A stretch of DNA of 64,000 nucleotides from an uncultured Geobacteraceae bacterium (GTDB taxonomy: Bacteria > Desulfobacterota > Desulfuromonadia > Geobacterales > Pseudopelobacteraceae), in the NCBI GenBank assembly GCA_903901875.1, contig CAIUSO010000142.1:9836-73835 (forward strand). Direction: 5' to 3'. Positions 11,100-19,038 of this stretch are shown piece after piece. Positions within the stretch are counted from its first letter, which is position 1; every line of letters begins with the position of its first letter. The notes under the pieces were generated by a model that did not search any database, was not told the DNA's origin, and was given only the letters and a program-made list of their open reading frames with translations. The position numbers were made by a program, and so were the translations under genes.

Positions 11100-11138
11100 C
11101 TGCCCCCCCTCCGGTGTGTCTTGCCGGAGGGGGGGCAG
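11100..11138. terminator. Bidirectional intrinsic terminator between convergent prfC and cheB
   Basis: CTGCCCCCCCTCCGG tgtgtcttg CCGGAGGGGGGGCAG has a perfect 15-bp GC-rich stem. It ends 3 nt from the cheB stop. Confidence 0.7.
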
Positions 11139-11141
11139 TTG

Positions 11142-12227
11142 CTACATAAACTTGGAAATCTCAAAGCCGATCTGCCCCAGGGGCAGAACTTCATCGGCCA
11201 CACCGCCATCAACACAGGCTTTCGGCATACCATAGATCGTCGAAGTGGCTTCATCCTGAGCGATGGTCAGTCCTCCCCGCTGCTTGAGCAGCTGCATTCC
11301 CTTGTAGCCGTCATTTCCCATGCCGGTGAGAATAACCCCCAGCATTGCTCCGCCGGTAGCCTCCGACATGGTTGAAATCAACAGGTCCACCGAGGGTATG
11401 TATACGTATTGTGGGTAGTCACTGGTCGGTTTGACCTTGACAACTATGTGGCTTCCCTGGCGGACCAGGGTGGTATGCATTCCCCCCGGTGCGATGAGGG
11501 CAACCCCTGGCTTGAGAACATCACCATCGACCGCTTCACGGATCGTCATGGAGCATTTTGCGTTGAGCCGATCCGCATAGGGGCCGGTAAACGCTTTGGG
11601 CATATGAATCCCAACCATGATGCCGTACGGGAAGTTGACCGGTATGCGGGAGAGGACTTCCTGAAGTGCAACCGGCCCGCCGGTGGAAGCACCGATGGCC
11701 ACGTACTGGATCTTTTTTCCGACAAACTTCGAGGTTGTTGGTCTATGGGTTGGGGGTGCCACAGGGGAGGTGACCCGAGCCACCGGAGATGGGGAGAGGG
11801 GTCTCCGTATGCGCGAAGCCACCGCTTCCTTGATTTTACGCATCAACTCCTGTCGGAAATGGTTTTGGGCATCTGCCGAATCGGTAACATTCTTTGGGAT
11901 ATAATCAATGGCTCCGGCATCAAGGGCCTCAAAGGTTGCCTTTGCCCCCTCATTGGTCAGTGTTGATACCATGATGACCTTGGTGGGGGCTTTGGCCATT
12001 ATCTGTTTGAGGGCGGAAATGCCGTCAAGACGTGGCATTTCTATATCCATGGTGATAAGGTCCGGCTTGAGTGCAATGGCCTTTTCAACCCCTTCAACGC
12101 CGTCAACTGCGGTCCCGACTATATCAATGGACGGATCTTTCGACAGGACGCTTCGAATGGCCATTCTCATGAACGAAGAGTCGTCAACAATCAAAATTCT
12201 GGTTTTGCCTTGCTGCGGAAGTATCAT
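11142..12227 (-). CDS. cheB: Chemotaxis response regulator protein-glutamate methylesterase
   Basis: Receiver RILIVDDSSFMR...DLITMDIEMPRLDG plus the methylesterase region AIGASTGGPVAL and GMGNDG. Confidence 0.9.
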   Translation of the reverse strand: MILPQQGKTRILIVDDSSFMRMAIRSVLSKDPSIDIVGTAVDGVEGVEKAIALKPDLITMDIEMPRLDGISALKQIMAKAPTKVIMVSTLTNEGAKATFEALDAGAIDYIPKNVTDSADAQNHFRQELMRKIKEAVASRIRRPLSPSPVARVTSPVAPPTHRPTTSKFVGKKIQYVAIGASTGGPVALQEVLSRIPVNFPYGIMVGIHMPKAFTGPYADRLNAKCSMTIREAVDGDVLKPGVALIAPGGMHTTLVRQGSHIVVKVKPTSDYPQYVYIPSVDLLISTMSEATGGAMLGVILTGMGNDGYKGMQLLKQRGGLTIAQDEATSTIYGMPKACVDGGVADEVLPLGQIGFEISKFM

Positions 12228-12261
12228 CAGGTCGTCGCCTTTTTTAACATAGTATGGTAAC

Positions 12262-13155
12262 TCAGGTGGTGCTGAAAATTGATGAAACCAGTGCTTTTAC
12301 ATCGGGAATTGCGTCGTCAAGTTCATAGCAGAAGCGCTCCACATCAAGATGCTCCAGTTCGGGTGATTTTGTTTTCAGTATGGCCCAGGCAACCTGTTCG
12401 TTCAGGTTGAAACTGACCCATTCGATCCCACCGTAATTGAGCTCCCGTACGGTGCAAAATAGATCGGACAGGTTGACGATGGCACACAGAATCGGATCAA
12501 CCGTCGCAGCAGCCGGATCGTGATGGTTGGCGATAATGTCACAGTAGGCATCGGGAAAATTCCATTTGCGGGCCATACAAAGGCCAATTTCGCAGTGGGT
12601 GGTGCCCAGGAGCAGCTTCTCGGCATCCCCCAGGGTAACCGGATGTACTTTTATGTAGTTCAATACTTCCATGAACTGTTCCCGGAGAAAATTACTCAGG
12701 AATACTTCACCAAGATCGTGAATGATACCAGCGATATATGCCTTCTCAAGATCCTGATAGCCAACTTTTTTTGCAATGATCTTGGATACCATTCCCACAC
12801 CAAAGGAATGTTCCCAGAACGCATTGAGATCAAGCGCGCCTGCCGTGCCATCAAAGGCACTTATTACCGATGTTGTCAGGGCTATTTCACGGACGTGACG
12901 CAGGCCCAGGTAGACAAGCGCGCGCTTCAGGGAGGTGATCTCCTGGGCAGGTTTGTAGACCGGTGAGTTAATCAGTTTCATTATCCGGGCCGTCATGACC
13001 TGATCGGTCAACATGAGGTCGGCAATCTCCTCCACACTCACATCAGGATCGTCAACCATTTGCAGTACTTTGGTTGCAACAGCGGGGATGGTTGGCAGGT
13101 CATCAACTGCTCCTACCAGTGCTTCTGCTCGTTCTATCAGCTGTTTTTTGTCCAT
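12262..13155 (-). CDS. HDOD domain signalling protein
   Basis: I take the start at MDKKQLIERAE (ATG 13155-13153, GAGAGG upstream). The track ORF start at 13329 would overlap cheR. The motif LPTIPAVATKVLQMVDDPDVSVEEIADLMLTDQVMTARIMKLINSPVY is classic HDOD. Confidence 0.8.
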   Translation of the reverse strand: MDKKQLIERAEALVGAVDDLPTIPAVATKVLQMVDDPDVSVEEIADLMLTDQVMTARIMKLINSPVYKPAQEITSLKRALVYLGLRHVREIALTTSVISAFDGTAGALDLNAFWEHSFGVGMVSKIIAKKVGYQDLEKAYIAGIIHDLGEVFLSNFLREQFMEVLNYIKVHPVTLGDAEKLLLGTTHCEIGLCMARKWNFPDAYCDIIANHHDPAAATVDPILCAIVNLSDLFCTVRELNYGGIEWVSFNLNEQVAWAILKTKSPELEHLDVERFCYELDDAIPDVKALVSSIFSTT

Positions 13156-13174
13156 GCTCAGTAAACCTCTCAGG

Positions 13175-14002
13175 CTATTTTTTGTAGCCAAATCCACCGG
13201 GAAAGTGGACTGTTTTAAATTTGTCATTAACGCCATGAAGGGATTCAGACTGTCCGACAAAGAAGTAACCGTACGGCTGCAGGTTGTTATAGAAATGCTG
13301 GACGACCTTTGATTTTGAAGCGGTGTCAAAATAGATTAACACGTTGGCGCAGAAGATGAAGTCAAAACTCTTCATGAAAATCATCTTTGAATCTTCGTAG
13401 AGGTTGAGTTTGTTGAATGTTACAAACTTTTTCACTTCGGGTGACAGGATAAACTTTCCGTTGTCCTCTCTGATATACTTGCGCTTGTATACGTCCGGGA
13501 TGTTTCTTACGGAGTATGCGTTGTAGATCCCCTCCTTCGCCTGAGCAATAACCGTTTCATTAATGTCGGTGCCGACTATTTCAATGATCCAGTCCTTAAG
13601 AAGGGTTGCCCGCTTTTCAAGCAGTATCATGGCCATGGTATATGCTTCTTCACCCGAAGAGGAAGCCGCGCTCCAGATACGCAACTTGCGGAAGCCCATT
13701 TTGTTTTTTATCTCGACAATTTCAGGCAGCAGCTTGTTTTCCAAGGCTGCAAGCTGGGGAACATTGCGGAAAAAATAGGTCTCATTGGTAGTAATTTCAT
13801 CCATGAGAAACTTCAATTCAACCGAACCGCGAGGCGATTTGATCAGCAGATAATAATCCTGATAGGTCTTCGATCCGGTCGCTTCCATGCGTCGCGTAAG
13901 CCGGCTTTCGAGGAAGTACTTTTTTGTCGTATGGAAATACATTCCGCAAATGTTGTAAATAAAATCGCGGAGCTGTTCAAAATCTTTATCGCTAATAGCC
14001 AC
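13175..14002 (-). CDS. cheR: Chemotaxis protein methyltransferase
   Basis: ETYFFRN and IWSAASSSGEEAYTMA are CheR SAM-binding motifs. 275 aa. Confidence 0.9.
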   Translation of the reverse strand: MAISDKDFEQLRDFIYNICGMYFHTTKKYFLESRLTRRMEATGSKTYQDYYLLIKSPRGSVELKFLMDEITTNETYFFRNVPQLAALENKLLPEIVEIKNKMGFRKLRIWSAASSSGEEAYTMAMILLEKRATLLKDWIIEIVGTDINETVIAQAKEGIYNAYSVRNIPDVYKRKYIREDNGKFILSPEVKKFVTFNKLNLYEDSKMIFMKSFDFIFCANVLIYFDTASKSKVVQHFYNNLQPYGYFFVGQSESLHGVNDKFKTVHFPGGFGYKK

Positions 14003-14063
14003 GTTTCACTCCTTGGGTGTAGATTCCTGGCACTTCAGTGTACGTTAATTTCGTAATGTCTGT

Positions 14064-15899
14064 CTATTCACAGGACTCGGACATGGCTACCGGATCAATA
14101 ATCAGTGCTACCCGCCCGTCACCGAGGATGGTGGAGCCGGCGATGCCCGGAATGTTGGCCAGGTAGTTACCGAGGGACTTGATGGCGACCTCCTGCTGTC
14201 CGACCAGACGGGTTACTACCAGTCCCATTCTTTTTTCGGCGGCACCGACGACAACCACGTAGCAGAAATGGTCAGCGTCACCCCGTGGTTGGACGTTGAA
14301 TACTTTTTGCAGGCGGACCAGCGGCAGCACAATGTCACGGAGTTTTAACACCTCCTGACCGCCAATCAGATGGAACTTGCGCTGATCCACCCGAAGGGTT
14401 TCAAGGACCGATGAGAGTGGAATGGAGTAAACTTCTCCCTCCACTTCAACAAGCAGCGATTGGATGATAGCCAGGGTAAGTGGCAGTCGCAGAATGAATT
14501 CCGAGCCCATATCTTTGACACTTTTGATTTCAATAAGCCCGTTGAGCTTCTTGATGTTGGTCTTGACCACATCCATGCCGACGCCACGCCCGGAAAGGTC
14601 GGTCGTTTTGTCCTTGGTTGAGAAGCCGGGAAGAAACAGCAGGTCAAAGACCTCCCGCTGCCCCATGGAGGCGAACTGTTCCTCGCTGATGAGCCCTTTT
14701 TCAATGGCCTTTCTGCCAACCCGTTCGGTGTCAATGCCCCGGCCATCATCCTTGATGCTGATGATGATCTGGTTTCCCTCATGGACGGCAGCCAGTACCA
14801 GAGTCCCGCAGCGCGATTTTCCTGCAGCCAGACGCTCCTCAGGTGATTCAAGGCCGTGATCCATGGCGTTACGGATGAGATGTATCAACGGATCGCCGAT
14901 TTCATCAACAACGGACCGGTCAAGTTCGGTCTCTTCACCAATGATCTGAAGATCGACCTCTTTACCAAGATCACGGGACATACTTCGCACGATTCGGGGG
15001 AATTTTTTGAAGACCTTCTCCACCGGAATCATACGCATTTTCAGTACCTGCATTTGCAGTTCCGAGGTAACGAAACTCATGCGCTTGGTGAGTTTGCCAA
15101 ACTCTTCATTAAAGTCATTTCTGTTAACATTGTTTTGCTGGAGATCCTGATTAATCTGGATCATCCGGTTACGCTCAAGCACCAGCTCCCCAACCTGATT
15201 CATCAGGTCGTCAAGCCGTTTTACATCGACCCTGACGGTGGAGTTGTCAGAAAGATCTTCTCCCCCTTTACTTTCCACCGATTTCGGTGGTGCGGTTTTT
15301 TTGGAAACAGCCGGTGCTGCCGGTTTGGCAACCGGCATCTGGCTGGCGACCGGAGCTGCAGGTGATGGTGTCGGGGTCGCTGTTCCGGTCACCGACGGTT
15401 GTTCTGGAGATATCGGTTCCACAGGGGAAGATTCGCTGGCAGCGACAGCTGCCGCCTCCGGGGCGACTTCCGGTTCCTTGACCGTTACCGGCGGTGGAGG
15501 GGGGGCTTCCGTGAGAAGCGGCAGAAGTTTCGCAATGGTACCCTCGGTTTCCCGCTCCTGAATGTCTCCCGCTTTTATATCGGCCACCAGTAGTTTAACC
15601 AAATCCGTTGCTTCCAGAATCACATCCATGATTTCGGACGTTACAAACAACTCTTTTTTACGCAGCCGGTTCAGTACATCTTCAGTCTTGTGGGCAACCT
15701 TGACCAGAAGATCAAAACCCAAGAAACTGGAAGCACCTTTAATGGTATGAATAGACCGGAAAATCCGGTTCATTAGATCGGTATCGTCCGATGATTTTTC
15801 AAGTGCGACAAGATCATCATCAAGTTTTTCAAGTAACTCGGTTGTTTCGGTTAGAAAACCGTCAAGAAGTTCCTGATCTTCGCAATCAATAGGGGGCAT
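14064..15899 (-). CDS. cheA: Chemotaxis histidine kinase CheA
   Basis: Hpt motif FRSIHTIKGAS, HATPase motifs DHGLE...DDGRGID...GRGVGMDVV, and a C-terminal CheW-like domain. ATG at 15899 with AGGAG 9 nt upstream. The track start at 15908 is TTG. Confidence 0.9.
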   Translation of the reverse strand: MPPIDCEDQELLDGFLTETTELLEKLDDDLVALEKSSDDTDLMNRIFRSIHTIKGASSFLGFDLLVKVAHKTEDVLNRLRKKELFVTSEIMDVILEATDLVKLLVADIKAGDIQERETEGTIAKLLPLLTEAPPPPPVTVKEPEVAPEAAAVAASESSPVEPISPEQPSVTGTATPTPSPAAPVASQMPVAKPAAPAVSKKTAPPKSVESKGGEDLSDNSTVRVDVKRLDDLMNQVGELVLERNRMIQINQDLQQNNVNRNDFNEEFGKLTKRMSFVTSELQMQVLKMRMIPVEKVFKKFPRIVRSMSRDLGKEVDLQIIGEETELDRSVVDEIGDPLIHLIRNAMDHGLESPEERLAAGKSRCGTLVLAAVHEGNQIIISIKDDGRGIDTERVGRKAIEKGLISEEQFASMGQREVFDLLFLPGFSTKDKTTDLSGRGVGMDVVKTNIKKLNGLIEIKSVKDMGSEFILRLPLTLAIIQSLLVEVEGEVYSIPLSSVLETLRVDQRKFHLIGGQEVLKLRDIVLPLVRLQKVFNVQPRGDADHFCYVVVVGAAEKRMGLVVTRLVGQQEVAIKSLGNYLANIPGIAGSTILGDGRVALIIDPVAMSESCE

Positions 15900-15941
15900 G
15901 GTGCACAACTCCTGATATATTTAAAAGAAGCAACGACACGA

Positions 15942-16439
15942 CTACATTCCGGTAAAGAGATTTCTCTCGTCACGGGAAAACATTTTTTCAAGATTAAGCA
16001 GTACGAGAAGGCGTTCGGCCTGGTTGATAACCCCGGCAATACACTCCTGATCAATGCCACCCGCCACCATTGCCGGTGAAGGCTGAATTTCGCTTCCTGA
16101 AATTCTGATGACTTCCGAAACTGCGTCAACGATGAACCCCATCAGCTCACCTTCCATATCCATAACCATTATCCGTGTCTGCTTGTCATTTTCCACTTGA
16201 AACAGGCCGAATTTTTTTCTCATACAGATAATCGGCACCACTTTTCCACGAAGATTTATAACCCCTTCAACGTAGTGGGGGGTATTGGGGACACGGGTGA
16301 CAATTGGCATACGAATAATTTCACGAACTTTCAATACATCTACGCCATACTCTTCCTGATCAAGGTTGAAACTTACCAATTGGATGAGTTCATTGTGAGT
16401 GCTCTCTGTCGTCTTCACCGGCACCAGTGCATTCTGCAT
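15942..16439 (-). CDS. cheW: Chemotaxis coupling protein CheW
   Basis: 165 aa, LVSFNLDQEEYGVDVLKVREI...INLRGKVVPI, with an AAGGAG RBS. Confidence 0.9.
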   Translation of the reverse strand: MQNALVPVKTTESTHNELIQLVSFNLDQEEYGVDVLKVREIIRMPIVTRVPNTPHYVEGVINLRGKVVPIICMRKKFGLFQVENDKQTRIMVMDMEGELMGFIVDAVSEVIRISGSEIQPSPAMVAGGIDQECIAGVINQAERLLVLLNLEKMFSRDERNLFTGM

Positions 16440-16735
16440 TGTTAATCTCCTTGAACAAAGATGGGTATATACTAACCGGAGTGGACGTTTCTTCTCCGTG
16501 ATGAAAGCAAATGTAAGCTTCGGCCCGAATTTGCAGACGATCAGGCATATTGCGACAATCTAACATGCATAACAATCTATATCAAGTAACATAGAATAAA
16601 ATGTTAAAAATGTTGGCTTGTCACGAATTTTCCAAAGTATCTTGTAGTTTTATCGATACGTCATTTTATTGACATTTATGCCAATTTATGTAATAGGTTT
16701 AACACGCTTCAATCTTTAGGGGGTTATTCCTGTTT

Positions 16736-18154
16736 ATGTATGAAAACGGCTCAATAATTATTGCTGATACTGACGGGAAAACACGGGATCTGGTGTCGGC
16801 TTTTTTGACATACCAGGGGTATAACATCGCTCCTGCCGAAACAGGTGTAACTTTTTTTGACACTATACGGAAGCATTCTGTAAATATTATTGTTGCCGAT
16901 CTCCACTACCTGCATACCATCACTCCTGATATTGTCGAACAAGCTTTACTCATTAATCCGTTGATGGTGTTGATAGGCTATGGGGACAGCACCCCGTTTG
17001 AATTGAAAAAGCCCCTTTCGGACAACATTTTTACCCTGCCCAAGCCCCTGAATCTTGATGAACTTGAGAGTCTGGTCATGCGGGCACGGGAATATCAATC
17101 CATAAAAATGTATGATCAGATGGTTGGAGAGTCATCTCCCCACCGGTTCCTTTCTACCACGATGATTGGCACCAGTCCGCCCATGCGGGCACTCTTTGAC
17201 ATGCTTACCAAAGTGGCCGCCTCAAACGCGACCGTACTTATTCAGGGCGAATCGGGAACCGGTAAGGAACTTGCCGCCCGGGCCATACATAATCTGAGTG
17301 ATCGGCATGCGAGGAACTTTGTGCCGGTGAACTGTGCCGCCATTCCCGATGACCTGCTGGAAAGTGAGCTGTTTGGTCATGTAAAGGGTTCCTTTACCGG
17401 TGCCTACGCCAACAGGGCAGGGCGCTTTGAAATGGCAGACAAGGGTACGTTGTTTCTTGACGAAATAGGGGATATGAAGGCAAACTTGCAGGTGAAATTG
17501 TTGCGAGTGCTGCAGAACAGGGAGTTTGAACCGGTAGGTGCTTCAAAGTCCCAGAAAGTTGATGTGAGGATCGTTGCTGCAACCAACAAAAATCTTGAGG
17601 AAATGGTAATAAATCGGGATTTTCGAGAGGATCTTTACTATCGGTTGTCGGTAATACCGATTATTATTCCACCGCTTCGCGATCGGCGGGAGGATATTCC
17701 CCCCATGATTCATGCTTTTCTGACACGCTTCAATAATGACAAGCGTCATGCCGTCAAGGGGATATCCCGGGACGCCCTGGAAATTCTCTGTGAATATGAA
17801 TGGCCCGGCAACGTAAGAGAACTTGAAAATCTGGTAGAAAGACTGGTAATATTAAAAGGGAGTGGTTTGATTGTTCCTGACGACCTGCCGGAAAAATATC
17901 TTTCGGGAAAGGGTACGGGGAGGCAGGTGTCGGTACCACCCCTGCAACCGGCCGTAGCTCCGTCCGAAAATATTCTTCCCACCGGGGGGATATGTCTTAA
18001 TTCGGCGGTCGATGAATTTGAAAACAACCTCATTTTGCAGGCTCTTACCCGTTCCGGCGGAAACAAGAAGGAAGCGGCCCTGCTGCTGAATTTGAAACGT
18101 ACGACGCTCATCGAGAAGCTGAAGAAAAAAAATCTTGCTTTCGGAGAGGATTAG
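16736..18154 (+). CDS. Sigma-54-dependent response regulator (REC, AAA+ and Fis-type HTH domains)
   Basis: GESGTGKELAARAIH (Walker A), GAFTGA-type loop KGSFTGA, ELFGH, and a C-terminal HTH GGNKKEAALLLNLKRTTL. Confidence 0.9.
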   Translation: MYENGSIIIADTDGKTRDLVSAFLTYQGYNIAPAETGVTFFDTIRKHSVNIIVADLHYLHTITPDIVEQALLINPLMVLIGYGDSTPFELKKPLSDNIFTLPKPLNLDELESLVMRAREYQSIKMYDQMVGESSPHRFLSTTMIGTSPPMRALFDMLTKVAASNATVLIQGESGTGKELAARAIHNLSDRHARNFVPVNCAAIPDDLLESELFGHVKGSFTGAYANRAGRFEMADKGTLFLDEIGDMKANLQVKLLRVLQNREFEPVGASKSQKVDVRIVAATNKNLEEMVINRDFREDLYYRLSVIPIIIPPLRDRREDIPPMIHAFLTRFNNDKRHAVKGISRDALEILCEYEWPGNVRELENLVERLVILKGSGLIVPDDLPEKYLSGKGTGRQVSVPPLQPAVAPSENILPTGGICLNSAVDEFENNLILQALTRSGGNKKEAALLLNLKRTTLIEKLKKKNLAFGED

Positions 18155-18160
18155 GCACTT

Positions 18161-18973
18161 ATGTCAATTTCGCTGGACAAGCTGTCACTGCTCGGCTCCC
18201 TTTCACCACTCCGTGTGAAAGCTGATAAAAATATATCTTCACCGGATACCACGTTCGCCGAGCACCTTGAACAGGCGTCCACCCTGCCGGAATATCACTC
18301 TGAAACGGTTAACAGCAAGGCGAAAGAACTGGCTGAATCACTTACCCTGCAGATGCTGCAAAGCTCAATTTCTTTGTCCGGAGAGCAAACATCCGAAGCA
18401 ACAGGCTCACCCACGACATCACTGATGTCGTCAGTTAACGCTCTGATGCAGGCTTATCGCTCTAATCTTGCCGAAGAGGGGAAGGCAACGTCTTCCCCCT
18501 CTGCCGATTCCCCGCTCCAGACCGTTTCCGCTTCCCAACCTGACGGTGCCGCCGCTCTTGTGATATCCCGTTCGGAGTCGGGGCGCGATACCAGCTGGCT
18601 TGAGCCAATTATTGCCCGTGCCTCACAAAAATACGGGGTTGACGTGGGGTTGATCAAGGCGGTAATCAAGGCGGAGAGTAATTTTAATCCCCAGGCGGTT
18701 TCCCACGCCGGAGCCCGTGGCTTGATGCAGTTGATGCCGGCCACGGCGCGCTCACTTGGTGTTGACAATTCCTTTGATCCCGAACAGAATGTTATGGCCG
18801 GTACCCGTTTTCTGAAGAATATGTTGCATCGTTACGATGGAAACGTTGACTCTGCACTGGCTGCCTATAACTGGGGACCGGGCAATGTGGACAGACGTCC
18901 CGACAGTCTGCCCCGTGAAACCCGTGACTATCTGGCCCGTGTCAAGAGTTTGTACGCTTCGTATACCGGCTGA
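18161..18973 (+). CDS. Lytic transglycosylase (SLT domain) protein
   Basis: AESNFNPQAVSHAGARGLMQLMPATA and AYNWGPGNV motifs. It starts 6 nt after the activator gene. Confidence 0.8.
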   Translation: MSISLDKLSLLGSLSPLRVKADKNISSPDTTFAEHLEQASTLPEYHSETVNSKAKELAESLTLQMLQSSISLSGEQTSEATGSPTTSLMSSVNALMQAYRSNLAEEGKATSSPSADSPLQTVSASQPDGAAALVISRSESGRDTSWLEPIIARASQKYGVDVGLIKAVIKAESNFNPQAVSHAGARGLMQLMPATARSLGVDNSFDPEQNVMAGTRFLKNMLHRYDGNVDSALAAYNWGPGNVDRRPDSLPRETRDYLARVKSLYASYTG

Positions 18974-19038
18974 ATCTCACCTCCGTCAGCTCCGTAATTA
19001 AATGTAATACCCACTAACCACCCCGTCTTGAGGACTCT

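Noticed and set aside
18974-19038. An expected cobalamin riboswitch upstream of the cob genes
   Set aside because: Only 65 nt are available and no B12-box-like sequence is present. The cob block probably relies on read-through or another control.
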